Below, in pieces: positions 29,024-40,646 of a stretch of DNA of 64,000 nucleotides; position 1 is the stretch's first letter, and each line of letters opens with the position of its first letter. The translations under genes and the position numbers were made by a program. This stretch comes from Pseudomonadota bacterium (lineage in GTDB: Bacteria; Bdellovibrionota_B; Oligoflexia; Silvanigrellales; Silvanigrellaceae), in contig JBDLRP010000024.1 in NCBI GenBank assembly GCA_039799905.1, positions 15,064 to 79,063 of the forward strand, in the 5' to 3' direction. The notes below the pieces were generated by a model that worked only from the letters and a program-made list of their open reading frames with translations, was not told where the DNA came from and ran no database searches.

Positions 29024-32000
29024 CGGGCGCGCATATCAAAGACCCCGTCCCATTCTTCGGGAGGTGGTGGGTTCTGTTTTAACCTCACTGCCCTGTCGAG
29101 ATACAATGCAGCAACTTTATCTGCCGGATTCTCGTCGAGGTTCTTTTTCCATCCGTCGATTGCGGTATCCCATTGGGCGGCGTGAAAGGCCCTCATCGCA
29201 CTCTCGTGGCGCTCCAACGTCTTGAGTTTCAACTCTCGGACGTGGGGATGATCGGCATTGTAAATTTCAACGATGCTCAAAGCGCGTGTGAATCCTGCAG
29301 GGCGGACACGGCCGAGCGAGCGGAAGTCAAAGTGTTTTGGATTCTGAGTGAGAATCATCGAATCCTGACTGGTGATCAGTCCGACGGAAAAGACTTTGGT
29401 GATTCCCTCAAGGCGAGAAGCGAGATTGACGCTGTCGGAGATGACCGTACCTTCCATGCGCTGGTCGTTTCCGAGTGTACCGAGCATCAGCGGTCCATGG
29501 TGTACCCCGATCCCGATATTGATGGGTGGCCGGAACGAAGTCTTGCGCTGATTGTTGAAATTCTCCAACTCGCGCTGCAGGTCGATGGCTGCAAGTAGCG
29601 CGTCATCGGGACGGTTCGGAAAAAGCGCCATCACGGCGTCGCCGATATACTTGTCGATGAAGCCGCAGTTTTTTTGGATGAGCGGGTTGACGGTCGCAAA
29701 ATAGCTATTGAGGAAATCAAAGTTTTCTTTTGGCGTCATAGTCTCTGAGATTTTTGAAAATTGCCGTATGTCGAGAAACAATACGGTCATTTCCCGCAGC
29801 ACCTGATCACCCAGCCGCACATCGATGATTGATTCGCGTCCCAAAAGCTGAAGCAGATCCTGCGGAATAAATCTGGAATACGCGCCGTGAATTTTGCTGA
29901 TGTGCAGATGGTTGCGCATACGTGCGAGCAGCTCGGACTGACTGAACGGCTTCATCAGGAAGTCATTGGCACCGCTGCCGAAGCAGGTGATAAGGTCGCT
30001 GATTTGGTTTTTTGCGGTGAGGATAATCACAGGTAGGTCGGTAACCTGATGGGTCTTGCGGATCTCGGCCAGCACCTCCAGCCCGGACATGCGCGGCATC
30101 ATAAGGTCGAGCAGGACGAGATCCGGTTTGAATTGTTGCATGGCCCTCAGTGCGGAGGGGCCATCTTCACAGATGACAAGTTGATAGTTTTCGGAACGCA
30201 ATTGGTTTTGCAGCACCTGACGGTTGATTGGCTCGTCATCAACAACCAGAATTTTGTATCCCTTTTGATCATCCATGCGGGTGTGAATGGAAGGGGATGT
30301 TTCGCCGGCCGGAGTTTCGCTTTCCCACCAAACTGAGTTTTGTTCAAGCATTCGCGGGCGCTGCATTTTTTGCTGTATGCCGGCATCGATAACTTCGCCT
30401 TTGCTCGCTGCGGCAATGCTTTGTATGGACAGCGGAATGGTGAATGAAAACTGCGAGCCTACCTCGGGTTGTGATTCAACCTGAATGTGTCCGCCATGCA
30501 GTTCAACAAGTTGCTTGGTGATCGTCAAGCCGAGTCCTGTTCCGCCGTAAGCGCGATTGATGTGTCCGTCGGCTTGTTCGAAGGCGTTGAAGATTCTCTG
30601 TTTCTTGGCGGGATCGATACCGATTCCCGTGTCGGCTACCGTGATGCGCATGAAGCGTCCTTCCACTTCAGCTGAAACACTGACATGGCCGGTGTGCGTA
30701 AACTTGATTGCGTTTGCAATGAGGTTTTGGAGGATTTGTTGAATCCTTGCCTCATCGGCTTCCAGCATCGGCAAATTCGGTTCGACGTTGTTGTGCAGGG
30801 TGAGCGCTTTGCCGCCCACGAGCGGCTGGTTGAGTGCAAGTAGGACCTGCACCATTGGCCGGAGTTCGACGTCGCTGAGCCGAAGCTTCAAATTACGCTG
30901 CTTGATTTGAGAAAAATCAAGCAAATCGTTGACGAGATTTGTCAGCCTGCGGCCTGAGGCGGATATCAGACCAAGATTCTCCCTGAGACGTGAATTGAGG
31001 CTTCCTTCACTGCCATTGAGCAACGTTTCAGCGAGACCGACGATGCCGTGTAACGGCGTACGCAGCTCATGTGAAGTGTTGGCAAGAAAGTCGTCTTTCA
31101 GTTTGTCAGCACGCCTGAGCTCCGAAACCACACTGAGGTTGTCGAGCGTCAGACAAAGCGTCTGTTCGGTAATCTTGATGAAATGCATCTCTTCGCGGGT
31201 CAGGAACATTTCCTTGTCGCAAGAAATTGAAACCATTCCGAGCCAGCGCAGATCTTGGAACAAGTTGAGCGTCAGCACACCACCTATTGTAGACATCGGC
31301 GGTTGTTCATCGGGAATAGGGGGAACACCTGATTTTAAAACAGGTGCAGGAATGACGGGCTGATCCGTAGGATGACTCAAATGCGCCGTGTATTGCAGAA
31401 CCCTGCGCGGCTCATGGCTTGGAAGAATGATTTCAACATCTATCTCGCGCAGTGATTCGAGTTCTTTTTGCAGAATATTAAGAGCTGCAAACACCGCTGA
31501 GACATGCTCATGAGAGCTTGCCAGCTGCCGGCTTCCCAGCATCAGCTGTTCGACGCGTCTGCGCAGTGTGCGTGCGTACTCGCCAATTTTTTGTGTGACA
31601 CTGCCGATACCCAGCATGGCGGAAAGAAGAAGCACGGGCACAAGCAGAGCCTGTCGCCAATCCAGAGGGTCGTACAGGTTTGCACTTTTGCCTGCGCCCG
31701 AAAGATCACGCCAAGAAGCGAGGGCCATAAGAAACACCACACCACTGACAAGCAGTCCTCGCAGTGTGAAAAAATGCGTCGGGTTGAAGAGCGTCTGTCC
31801 TGAGTCAAGGTCTTGCAGAGAATCCGACCGCGGTGCAGGCTTTTTTCTGAAATGCAGATGAATGGAATAAGCGGACACAATGATTGTCGAGACTGCGATG
31901 ATCAGGTCGGCCGCGCGCTCGCTGCGGAATATGAACAACGATTTTTCGCTGTAGAAAAACACCATGGCGGCTGCCAGCAGTGCAGAGTTCATCAGTGCAA

Positions 32001-33018
32001 ATGCATATCTGGCCTTGCGAGATGCAAAGCGGGAGCTTGGCTCGATAATCAGCTCATAAATGACCCGCGCCTGCCAGAAGAGCACAATCAGCAGAATGAG
32101 TGCAGTCAGGACTCTCAACTGATTCACATTCAGCGTCAGACCGAGCAGACTGACTTTTACACCTTGAAATGTGGATATTGAGTGTGCGAAGAATGCTTTT
32201 ATACCTTTGAGAAATGCAAAGATGCTGATGTGGAAAAGAATCTTGCTACTGTCCAGAATGACTGCCATTGCGGCGACGAGTACAGGAAGAGTGAGTGACA
32301 ACAGAGTCAGCGGGATGGAGGAGTCGACAAGTTTCTGCAGTAATCCTGTGTATGCAGTCGTGTTGCCGCTCACCATCAAAGCAACAGGAAGAGTGATGGG
32401 GCCGAAGGCGCTTGGAAAAGCGTATTTATTTGCATTGTAATCGAGACTGATGGAGCCGCTGGCAAGAATGTCTGTGATGGCGAAGGTGCTCACCGCATTT
32501 GTTCCATTGCCCGCGTGTATTTGCTTGTTGTCTTGGTTTGTGTAGATGCGCAGCGTTGACTGATACGTTCTCGGCACAACCAGACTCAGATAAGTTGCAT
32601 GTTTGCTGATGCTGTTGATCCAGTCGATGTCAGGTATTTTGAAGCGGTAGACAAGACGCGCAGAGTTGGGCAACAGCGTCTGCCCGTTTTTCTTGAATTC
32701 ATTCTCAAGGCCGGCAAACATGTTGGTTGTCCGCGGCAGGGTGACCGTCGTTTTGGTAGCCTGCAAGGGCATGCAGTCTTCGAGAACATCTTTCGGTGTT
32801 TTGCAGTGAAACGGTGAAGCCTGCCACTCCTGCAGGAGAATCAGAACTTTTTCATTTTTCATCCGCTCGATTTGTGCATTGATGTCATAACTGCGCTGGA
32901 GGCCAAGCATGAACAAAATAAAAAGGACTGTGCTGATACAAAGCAACAGCACGGGAAGAACATTATAAATGGAAATTTTCTTAAAATATTTCTTTAAAAA
33001 TGTTTGAAAATATCTCAC
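29020..33018 (-). CDS. membrane hybrid sensor: multi-TM N-terminus, histidine kinase, receiver, class III adenylyl cyclase, TPR-like tail
   Basis: GTG 33018 after GGAGG; ANTSHELRTPL, NAIKFT, DTGIGI, GGTGLGL; VDDE/DLMMP/KP; FLDIRQFS, DKYIGDAVM, TVISDSVNLASRLE; WDGVF. Confidence 0.93.
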   Translation of the reverse strand: MRYFQTFLKKYFKKISIYNVLPVLLLCISTVLFILFMLGLQRSYDINAQIERMKNEKVLILLQEWQASPFHCKTPKDVLEDCMPLQATKTTVTLPRTTNMFAGLENEFKKNGQTLLPNSARLVYRFKIPDIDWINSISKHATYLSLVVPRTYQSTLRIYTNQDNKQIHAGNGTNAVSTFAITDILASGSISLDYNANKYAFPSAFGPITLPVALMVSGNTTAYTGLLQKLVDSSIPLTLLSLTLPVLVAAMAVILDSSKILFHISIFAFLKGIKAFFAHSISTFQGVKVSLLGLTLNVNQLRVLTALILLIVLFWQARVIYELIIEPSSRFASRKARYAFALMNSALLAAAMVFFYSEKSLFIFRSERAADLIIAVSTIIVSAYSIHLHFRKKPAPRSDSLQDLDSGQTLFNPTHFFTLRGLLVSGVVFLMALASWRDLSGAGKSANLYDPLDWRQALLVPVLLLSAMLGIGSVTQKIGEYARTLRRRVEQLMLGSRQLASSHEHVSAVFAALNILQKELESLREIDVEIILPSHEPRRVLQYTAHLSHPTDQPVIPAPVLKSGVPPIPDEQPPMSTIGGVLTLNLFQDLRWLGMVSISCDKEMFLTREEMHFIKITEQTLCLTLDNLSVVSELRRADKLKDDFLANTSHELRTPLHGIVGLAETLLNGSEGSLNSRLRENLGLISASGRRLTNLVNDLLDFSQIKQRNLKLRLSDVELRPMVQVLLALNQPLVGGKALTLHNNVEPNLPMLEADEARIQQILQNLIANAIKFTHTGHVSVSAEVEGRFMRITVADTGIGIDPAKKQRIFNAFEQADGHINRAYGGTGLGLTITKQLVELHGGHIQVESQPEVGSQFSFTIPLSIQSIAAASKGEVIDAGIQQKMQRPRMLEQNSVWWESETPAGETSPSIHTRMDDQKGYKILVVDDEPINRQVLQNQLRSENYQLVICEDGPSALRAMQQFKPDLVLLDLMMPRMSGLEVLAEIRKTHQVTDLPVIILTAKNQISDLITCFGSGANDFLMKPFSQSELLARMRNHLHISKIHGAYSRFIPQDLLQLLGRESIIDVRLGDQVLREMTVLFLDIRQFSKISETMTPKENFDFLNSYFATVNPLIQKNCGFIDKYIGDAVMALFPNRPDDALLAAIDLQRELENFNNQRKTSFRPPINIGIGVHHGPLMLGTLGNDQRMEGTVISDSVNLASRLEGITKVFSVGLITSQDSMILTQNPKHFDFRSLGRVRPAGFTRALSIVEIYNADHPHVRELKLKTLERHESAMRAFHAAQWDTAIDGWKKNLDENPADKVAALYLDRAVRLKQNPPPPEEWDGVFDMRAR

Positions 33019-33107
33019 ACTTGCGCCTCCGCAGCGACTCGATCTTCGCCCTCCGGTGAGGCTTTGCAAAGAGCCAAAATGATGACCTGCACATCAGGCT
33101 GTCGGAT

Positions 33108-33620
33108 TCACAGGAACTCGACTGACGCTTCGACGTCAGTTGGACGCCACGATTCATCGGCGATCACAGGTATGACCACGGCATTCTTTTGCGTATTCAA
33201 CACATCCTGGGTCATGCCTGTGCATATCTGTTCATTGAACTGAACTCCCGACCGGCAGACAAATTTTCCAGTCAGGGTGATGCGTTGTTTTGCCCTCACC
33301 GACAGACGTACCTCCTGGTATGCCGCGCATCGGTTGTCGATTTGTGTCGTCAGGACAGTTTGTGTCAGGCCCGATCGGCGTGGGTCGACGATGGTACCCA
33401 TGTCGAGGGGAACCCGGCAGTAACTCACCGCGCCGGTCGTACCATTAGCAGTGCCGCCAGTCAGCCGTGAGCGCGAGTTGCCGTTGTTGTTTGGACCCGT
33501 AGGAGTCTCGTTGTCCTCGACGGAGTTTTTTGGACCACAGCTTAACGTAAATGCTGCAATCACGGCCGGCACTAGTGCCAGACATAAACTCGAAATTTTG
33601 TTACCTGCATCATTCTTCAT
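33108..33620 (-). CDS. Cys-rich hypothetical lipoprotein
   Basis: TLSC lipobox, Asn/Gly/Thr linker, four further Cys. Start overlaps the amidotransferase stop (ATGA). Confidence 0.72.
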   Translation of the reverse strand: MKNDAGNKISSLCLALVPAVIAAFTLSCGPKNSVEDNETPTGPNNNGNSRSRLTGGTANGTTGAVSYCRVPLDMGTIVDPRRSGLTQTVLTTQIDNRCAAYQEVRLSVRAKQRITLTGKFVCRSGVQFNEQICTGMTQDVLNTQKNAVVIPVIADESWRPTDVEASVEFL

Positions 33621-35758
33621 GACAGCGGTCCTCCCGTCGAAATGATTTTTTCTTCAAATTCTGAGTTACGCGGATCAATTTGTTTCTCAACGATGGTCTT
33701 CTGCACAATCGCACTGCAAATTAGCGTTTGCAGTGCCGACATCCTGTGCGTGCGCAGGTATTTTTCCTGCGCACTGGCGCCAACTGACAGCGGATTTTTG
33801 GATTCCAGCAGCAGAGCGCGTGCCGATGCGGACGTCGCGCCGTCCAAGCCCATTTTTCCGAGCTGTGTCTCAGCGGAAAAATCTTTGAACAATGATTCAA
33901 AGTTTAGAAACGGAGCGTTGAATTGTTTTTTAGGTGTCATGATGAAGCGGTTGGGCAGAACCCGAGCATAGGCTTTCCTAAGCACTGCCTTGTCGAGAAA
34001 TCCCTGCACCAAAGCAACATCAGGCAGTCCTGCAGTGAGGCGCCGCATTTTTCCTGAAAGAAACGGAGTGCGGCCTTCGAGAGTATTTGCCATTTCCATC
34101 CGGTCGCCCACCCAATTGAGAATCTGCACAGGCAGGTGGGTCTGACAAAAGTAGTTTTGCCAGAGCAGCAGCGCGTTCTCTGGAGACTGTAAAAATTCAT
34201 CCTGATTGGCGCCGTAGTCGATGCCGTGCAAAAACCAGCTGCGAATACTTTCTGTTTGTGATGCCAACCACAGGGCGGCTTCCGATGGTCCAAGAATGGC
34301 TTCGCAGATGGCAGAGACTTGTCCGAACAGCGGATGAGGAACCTGCCATTTTGCGAGACTCTGCACAAAGTCATCGCCCCGTCCTTCGGCACTGCTGCCT
34401 GCAAGCCAGGGATCACTCGCCTGTGCAGCAAATTTTTTTATGTAAACGGAGTCGCGCCAGCGCTGTCCAAGTGCAAGATCTGATTTTCGCGAACGCTGAC
34501 TGAAGGCCCACCAAGCGCAGTATCGGAAGCTCGGATATCCGCACAACAACTCGTCTGCGCCATCGCCGGTCAGAACTCCAGGCACATACCGTCGTGCAAA
34601 CAAACTCAGCCACCACTTGGCAGCACCATTGGTGAACGGCTGAAGATTCTCCGAGATGTAAACAGCGTGCGGATAGGAATAGCGCAATGCCTCCTCACTG
34701 AGACGCAGGACGTGCGGAGTGAAACCAAGATGTCGGCTGAATGCAACCGCCTCGTCGGATTCATCGTAGCCTTGGGTTTCGAAGCCGACCGTAAAGGATT
34801 TCAATGATCCCTTCAGCCAGTCCGAGGATTTTCTCTGCAGCGCACTGGCGAGCTCGAATGCAACGGTTTTTGAGTCGATTCCGCCACTCTGATAGACGCC
34901 CAATTCGACGTCCGAAAGAAGCCTTTCTTCAACAGATGTGCCAAGGGCTTCTCTGAATTGTTCCAGCCTTCGCTCACAGTCGCCGTCCGACCAAAATGCT
35001 CCCTTGCCGGCATCGCGCACTGGCTGCGACCGGGTTGTCACCTGAATGGAGTAGACTGGATCTTGGGACTGTTTGCGTCCGCGGACGCGTCCGCCGGCAG
35101 GGCACTGGATAATCCCTTCAAATGGGGTGCAGATGGGTTCGAACAGGCCGGTGAATTGTCGGAGTGACCCGTCTCGGTTCCAGATTTTTTCACCCGGCAG
35201 GGCCTTCATCTCGCTCGCAAATGCAACCAGCTGGCAGTCGAGCCTGTAAGCTTTTCTCGCGCTTGAAAACATCCGCGTATTGATGTCTGAAAATTGGAAA
35301 AATAAAGGTTTCACGCCAAAAAAATCACGTGCGGCAAAGAAGCTGCTGCCATCTGTCTTGACGATGACGAAAGCGAATTCTCCTTCAAGCTCATCAGCAA
35401 ATGTGTCGCCCGACAGCAACCACCCTTGCAATATGGTTTCCGTGTCGCTTTGCGTGCGCCACGCTTGCGAGCCATATTTTCCTTCAAGTTTGCGTCGCAG
35501 CTCGTGGTGATTGTAGATTTCGCCATTGAAGGTGATTGCAAACGAGCCGTCGTTGCTGAGCATCGGTTGCCGGCCCGATTGCAGATCTTGAAATGCAAGC
35601 CTGAAGTGATTGAGTGAGACCGCGTCGAAGTTCAGGAGTCTGGCATCGTCGCTTCCACGGTGTGCGATACGTCCGGACTGTTGCACGAAATCATCTTTCC
35701 ACGCCGATGCTCTCGGGTGTTGATGATTGGCCGTCAGCAGTCCTGAGAAACCGCACAT
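33617..35758 (-). CDS. asparagine synthase (glutamine-hydrolysing)-like amidotransferase
   Basis: MCG Ntn nucleophile, HRG, GRQPM, FNGEIYNH, SDTE, RDFFGVKPL, SGGIDS, TGDGADELLCGY, GDRMEMANTLEGRTPFL. Confidence 0.92.
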   Translation of the reverse strand: MCGFSGLLTANHQHPRASAWKDDFVQQSGRIAHRGSDDARLLNFDAVSLNHFRLAFQDLQSGRQPMLSNDGSFAITFNGEIYNHHELRRKLEGKYGSQAWRTQSDTETILQGWLLSGDTFADELEGEFAFVIVKTDGSSFFAARDFFGVKPLFFQFSDINTRMFSSARKAYRLDCQLVAFASEMKALPGEKIWNRDGSLRQFTGLFEPICTPFEGIIQCPAGGRVRGRKQSQDPVYSIQVTTRSQPVRDAGKGAFWSDGDCERRLEQFREALGTSVEERLLSDVELGVYQSGGIDSKTVAFELASALQRKSSDWLKGSLKSFTVGFETQGYDESDEAVAFSRHLGFTPHVLRLSEEALRYSYPHAVYISENLQPFTNGAAKWWLSLFARRYVPGVLTGDGADELLCGYPSFRYCAWWAFSQRSRKSDLALGQRWRDSVYIKKFAAQASDPWLAGSSAEGRGDDFVQSLAKWQVPHPLFGQVSAICEAILGPSEAALWLASQTESIRSWFLHGIDYGANQDEFLQSPENALLLWQNYFCQTHLPVQILNWVGDRMEMANTLEGRTPFLSGKMRRLTAGLPDVALVQGFLDKAVLRKAYARVLPNRFIMTPKKQFNAPFLNFESLFKDFSAETQLGKMGLDGATSASARALLLESKNPLSVGASAQEKYLRTHRMSALQTLICSAIVQKTIVEKQIDPRNSEFEEKIISTGGPLS

Positions 35759-35772
35759 CGCCGTGGTTTCTT

Positions 35773-37557
35773 TCAGCTTGGTTGGTTCGGGCCGAATCCG
35801 CCGCCGCGCGTGAGAGCTTGCGTCCCTGCGCTGGAGGTCGAGTTCGCCGGTTGTGGAATACGTGCCCGGGCCGGTTGCCGTGAGCTGTCGCGCGCCGCGC
35901 GGATCATCAGATTGAGAGTCCTTGAGATTGAGTTTTGTCCGTAGTGTTCACTTTGCACACCATGGTTCGACAGTTCTAGCAGAAATTCGTGTTCACGCAG
36001 CGATTCTCCGCCGCTGCGCGCGTTGATCTTGGCACGCGTCAGCGCGAGTTGAAGCAGCTGTTCTTCGTGCGGACTTGCCACACCAAGAGCTTTTAGAGCT
36101 GCGAGTGTTTCGGGACGGCTGGCAAAGAAAGGCGATTTTTTACGCAGTGCCCTGACGAGAAATTCAACATACTCGACATGGTGTTTGGAAGTCTGAAATT
36201 GCGGAGTGAGACTTTCCACATAAAGTTTTTCGAACAGCTGAAGGGCAAAGTCGTGCAGCCAGAAATTGGGCGCCATCAGAAAGATATGCGCGGCAAAACG
36301 GCTTGAGTTTGTGACAACCCAATTTGGCGGCTCGCGCAGATCCTCTTCCCATTTCTGCGAGGTGAGCGTACGCAGCCACTGCCATTGCGAACGTGTGATG
36401 ATTCGTGTCTCGGCAGGGTGCACTGGCAGCTGCAATGCCCAAGGAGTGAACTGACGCGTGAAAATCTGTTGGTTCTGCTCGACGGCCGGCAGCAGGCTGA
36501 GAAAGAACTGGTTCACAATGGCATTGGCTTTGTTCAGTACAGAGGGGGCCGCGGTCTGGTTTTGAAATTCGACCTGGACCTGACTGAAATCACGCTGCAG
36601 TGAGCGCACAAGACCCTTGACGATCGACATGTCGGACGCTTTTTGGGTCATGATCCGGCGCATGAGCTGCAGTACCCCTTGCTCGGCCGCCGGATTCAGC
36701 ACTGCTTCACGGAATAGTCCGTCGAAAAACCATTCTGCAAAGAAGCTGAGCTGGAACGAAGACATTGCTCCGTCGTCGAGGAAAGACAGGCAAGCATCGG
36801 CATTTTGCAGTTTCCACAGATGGCCGCCGAACTGGGAGGATAGTTTGAATGCCGAGACTCCCTTCAGTGCAAGAGTGTGGTCGGCCGTCGAAGAGATCTC
36901 TTGAATAATCTGGTCGGGTGTTGTTGCTCTGCCTCCGCCGGCGCCGACGCCTGAAAGTGCTGCGGTAATTCGCGACACAGGAGCAAGCAGTAATTCTTTC
37001 AATTTGTTCAGTTGATCCGAGGCTGAAAACAGCCTGACAAGCGACGGATCCTGCGTTTTGACAACGTTGATAAGGCGCAGGCGGTCGGCGTGGTTGATGT
37101 CGCTGCTGTCCTGTTCAATCAGTTTATATACTTGTGCTGAGAATCCTTCGGTTGCCATGAGGTACTGACGGCGAAGCAAAGCATCCGAATGATTGAGATA
37201 GACCTGCGCCCTGCGCAGCAGATAGGCGAGTCCGCCCAGGGCTGCCTTGCTCGAGAGTGATTCTGGAAATTGCGAATGTGTTGCGATGAAGAAGAGCAGG
37301 TCGGCGCAATCACCGATACTTGTGGCCGAGGTCACAACTTCAATAATGCCGTTGCAAGTGGCTGTGTTAAGTGAATCCGCGAGGATTCCATTCTCGGTCA
37401 CCTGGGCACGGACCACATCGGCAATCGTTTGGGGGCTGACTTTGCGCTCCACAAAGCTCATCAGCAGTGTTGATACAACTTGTTCCGTCGTGGGTTGATG
37501 TCCAGCGCTGCTTGCTGCTGAGAACTTGGGCATTTCGAATTTATCTCGGCTCATCAT
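35773..37557 (-). CDS. hypothetical cytoplasmic alpha-helical protein (about 594 aa)
   Basis: Long ORF, ATG after GAGGTG, no signal peptide or motif recognised; ends 14 nt before the amidotransferase start. Confidence 0.75.
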   Translation of the reverse strand: MMSRDKFEMPKFSAASSAGHQPTTEQVVSTLLMSFVERKVSPQTIADVVRAQVTENGILADSLNTATCNGIIEVVTSATSIGDCADLLFFIATHSQFPESLSSKAALGGLAYLLRRAQVYLNHSDALLRRQYLMATEGFSAQVYKLIEQDSSDINHADRLRLINVVKTQDPSLVRLFSASDQLNKLKELLLAPVSRITAALSGVGAGGGRATTPDQIIQEISSTADHTLALKGVSAFKLSSQFGGHLWKLQNADACLSFLDDGAMSSFQLSFFAEWFFDGLFREAVLNPAAEQGVLQLMRRIMTQKASDMSIVKGLVRSLQRDFSQVQVEFQNQTAAPSVLNKANAIVNQFFLSLLPAVEQNQQIFTRQFTPWALQLPVHPAETRIITRSQWQWLRTLTSQKWEEDLREPPNWVVTNSSRFAAHIFLMAPNFWLHDFALQLFEKLYVESLTPQFQTSKHHVEYVEFLVRALRKKSPFFASRPETLAALKALGVASPHEEQLLQLALTRAKINARSGGESLREHEFLLELSNHGVQSEHYGQNSISRTLNLMIRAARDSSRQPARARIPQPANSTSSAGTQALTRGGGFGPNQPS

Positions 37558-37649
37558 AATCACCTCTCAAGCAGGGTCTGTCTTCAGCTTAACAGCGCTC
37601 GGAGTAAGCACACGGGCAAGAATTTCCCTTAGAAGCAGAATTGGGTTAA

Positions 37650-39347
<1,698 letters not shown>

Positions 39348-39350
39348 AGG

Positions 39351-39953
39351 TTATTTCGGATTACTCAGAACGTAACTGATTCCAAACGGGAAAAACCAAG
39401 CTCCGCGCTTGATGTTGCCTGAGTATCCAAGTCCGAAATTCAAAAAAACATTCTCGCCTACCTCAGCGCCCGCGCGGATTAGCAAATAAGGCGGCTGGTA
39501 GATTTTGATGAGCGGGCTCATCGGCAGAGCAAGCCCGCCGCCGGCGCTGACGCGGATGCAAGCCTCTTTGGAGGTTGCTGTCGTTGCGAAGATATCTCGT
39601 TCGATGCCCAACATTGCCAGTTTCGGATAATAGTAGGTTTGTGTCGGAGCATTTTTTCGTTTCACTTCTTCATCCCGCAGAGGGAGTGTGAAAATCGCCG
39701 TTGCGCGCAATTCGCTGCGCAATTCCCGTGCGAGAAAGAGTGATATTCCCGAAGCCGGCAGCGGCTGGACGGCCGACTCGTTGTCGGCGAACAAGTAACG
39801 CATGTATTCCTGTGAATATATGACCATGTTCGCCAGTGCGATTTCACTGTCCATTGCGACTTTTTCTGTTTCGTCCTGAACCGCAGGGCAGACCGCTGCA
39901 GCCGTCGCACTTGTGAAACACGCCAATAATGCAATCAGTTTCATAGCATTCAC
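39351..39953 (-). CDS. hypothetical secreted beta-rich protein
   Basis: Signal peptide; C-terminal strands (FLNFGLGYS, FFPFGISY); abuts the upstream gene's stop. Confidence 0.65.
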   Translation of the reverse strand: MNAMKLIALLACFTSATAAAVCPAVQDETEKVAMDSEIALANMVIYSQEYMRYLFADNESAVQPLPASGISLFLARELRSELRATAIFTLPLRDEEVKRKNAPTQTYYYPKLAMLGIERDIFATTATSKEACIRVSAGGGLALPMSPLIKIYQPPYLLIRAGAEVGENVFLNFGLGYSGNIKRGAWFFPFGISYVLSNPK

Positions 39954-40553
39954 TTAGTTTGGAGTTGCGGATGCACTCTGGACTCTAGGCGAACTGTCTT
40001 CGATCTGTGCTTCGTAGCCAAAATAACTGAGCTTCACTGCCTTCCAGGTCGGCACTCCGCCAGCGGCCACCTTTTGCAGTGACAAACTGAGCCCACGGCC
40101 CAGCTCTGGATTGCCGGCCGAGAAGACGACAATTGTCGGGTCAGTCGCTGAGTCTGCTGGCTGCAGTGTGCTTTTCAGCTGCAGGTTTTTGTCGGGTTTG
40201 AGTGTCTTGCTTTCTCCTCTGGCCTCGACAAGTCCGCCGTCGCTGTCGATTGCCGAGTTCCAAACGCCCGCACGCTGATCGTCGCTGAATTGAACGTCTG
40301 CGTTCATGTAGATCGGGTAGTTTTTCCCAGACGAGCCAATAAAGATAAATGAGTATTTAACCTGAAATTGTTTCAGAGGAGGTAATCCGGCCTGCAGTTC
40401 GCGGACTGCCGATTTCTTTGCCACTTTTGTGCACGAGGCGCTCGCCCCAGCCAAAAAAAGACCCACCAAACAGAACGCAAGGCGACCCGCAATCCTCGGC
40501 CAGCATCTGGCGTATAGTCCGCCAGCACGGGAATTTGAACTCTTGTTGTTCAT
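39954..40553 (-). CDS. hypothetical lipoprotein
   Basis: ATG 40553 after GGAGG; hydrophobic stretch then SASC; beta-rich mature part. Confidence 0.65.
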   Translation of the reverse strand: MNNKSSNSRAGGLYARCWPRIAGRLAFCLVGLFLAGASASCTKVAKKSAVRELQAGLPPLKQFQVKYSFIFIGSSGKNYPIYMNADVQFSDDQRAGVWNSAIDSDGGLVEARGESKTLKPDKNLQLKSTLQPADSATDPTIVVFSAGNPELGRGLSLSLQKVAAGGVPTWKAVKLSYFGYEAQIEDSSPRVQSASATPN

Positions 40554-40646
40554 CCGACTTGCCTCCGACCGCTCCTCGCACCTATGGTCATAGGGTCCTG
40601 GAGAGAATGGCATAAGCCGCAACCCGATTGGAGTTTGGAGTCAAAA

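Noticed and set aside
33617..35758. AsnB-like gene as a lasso-peptide cyclase
   Set aside because: It keeps an intact N-terminal Cys glutaminase domain, and no precursor, B1 or B2 genes are nearby.
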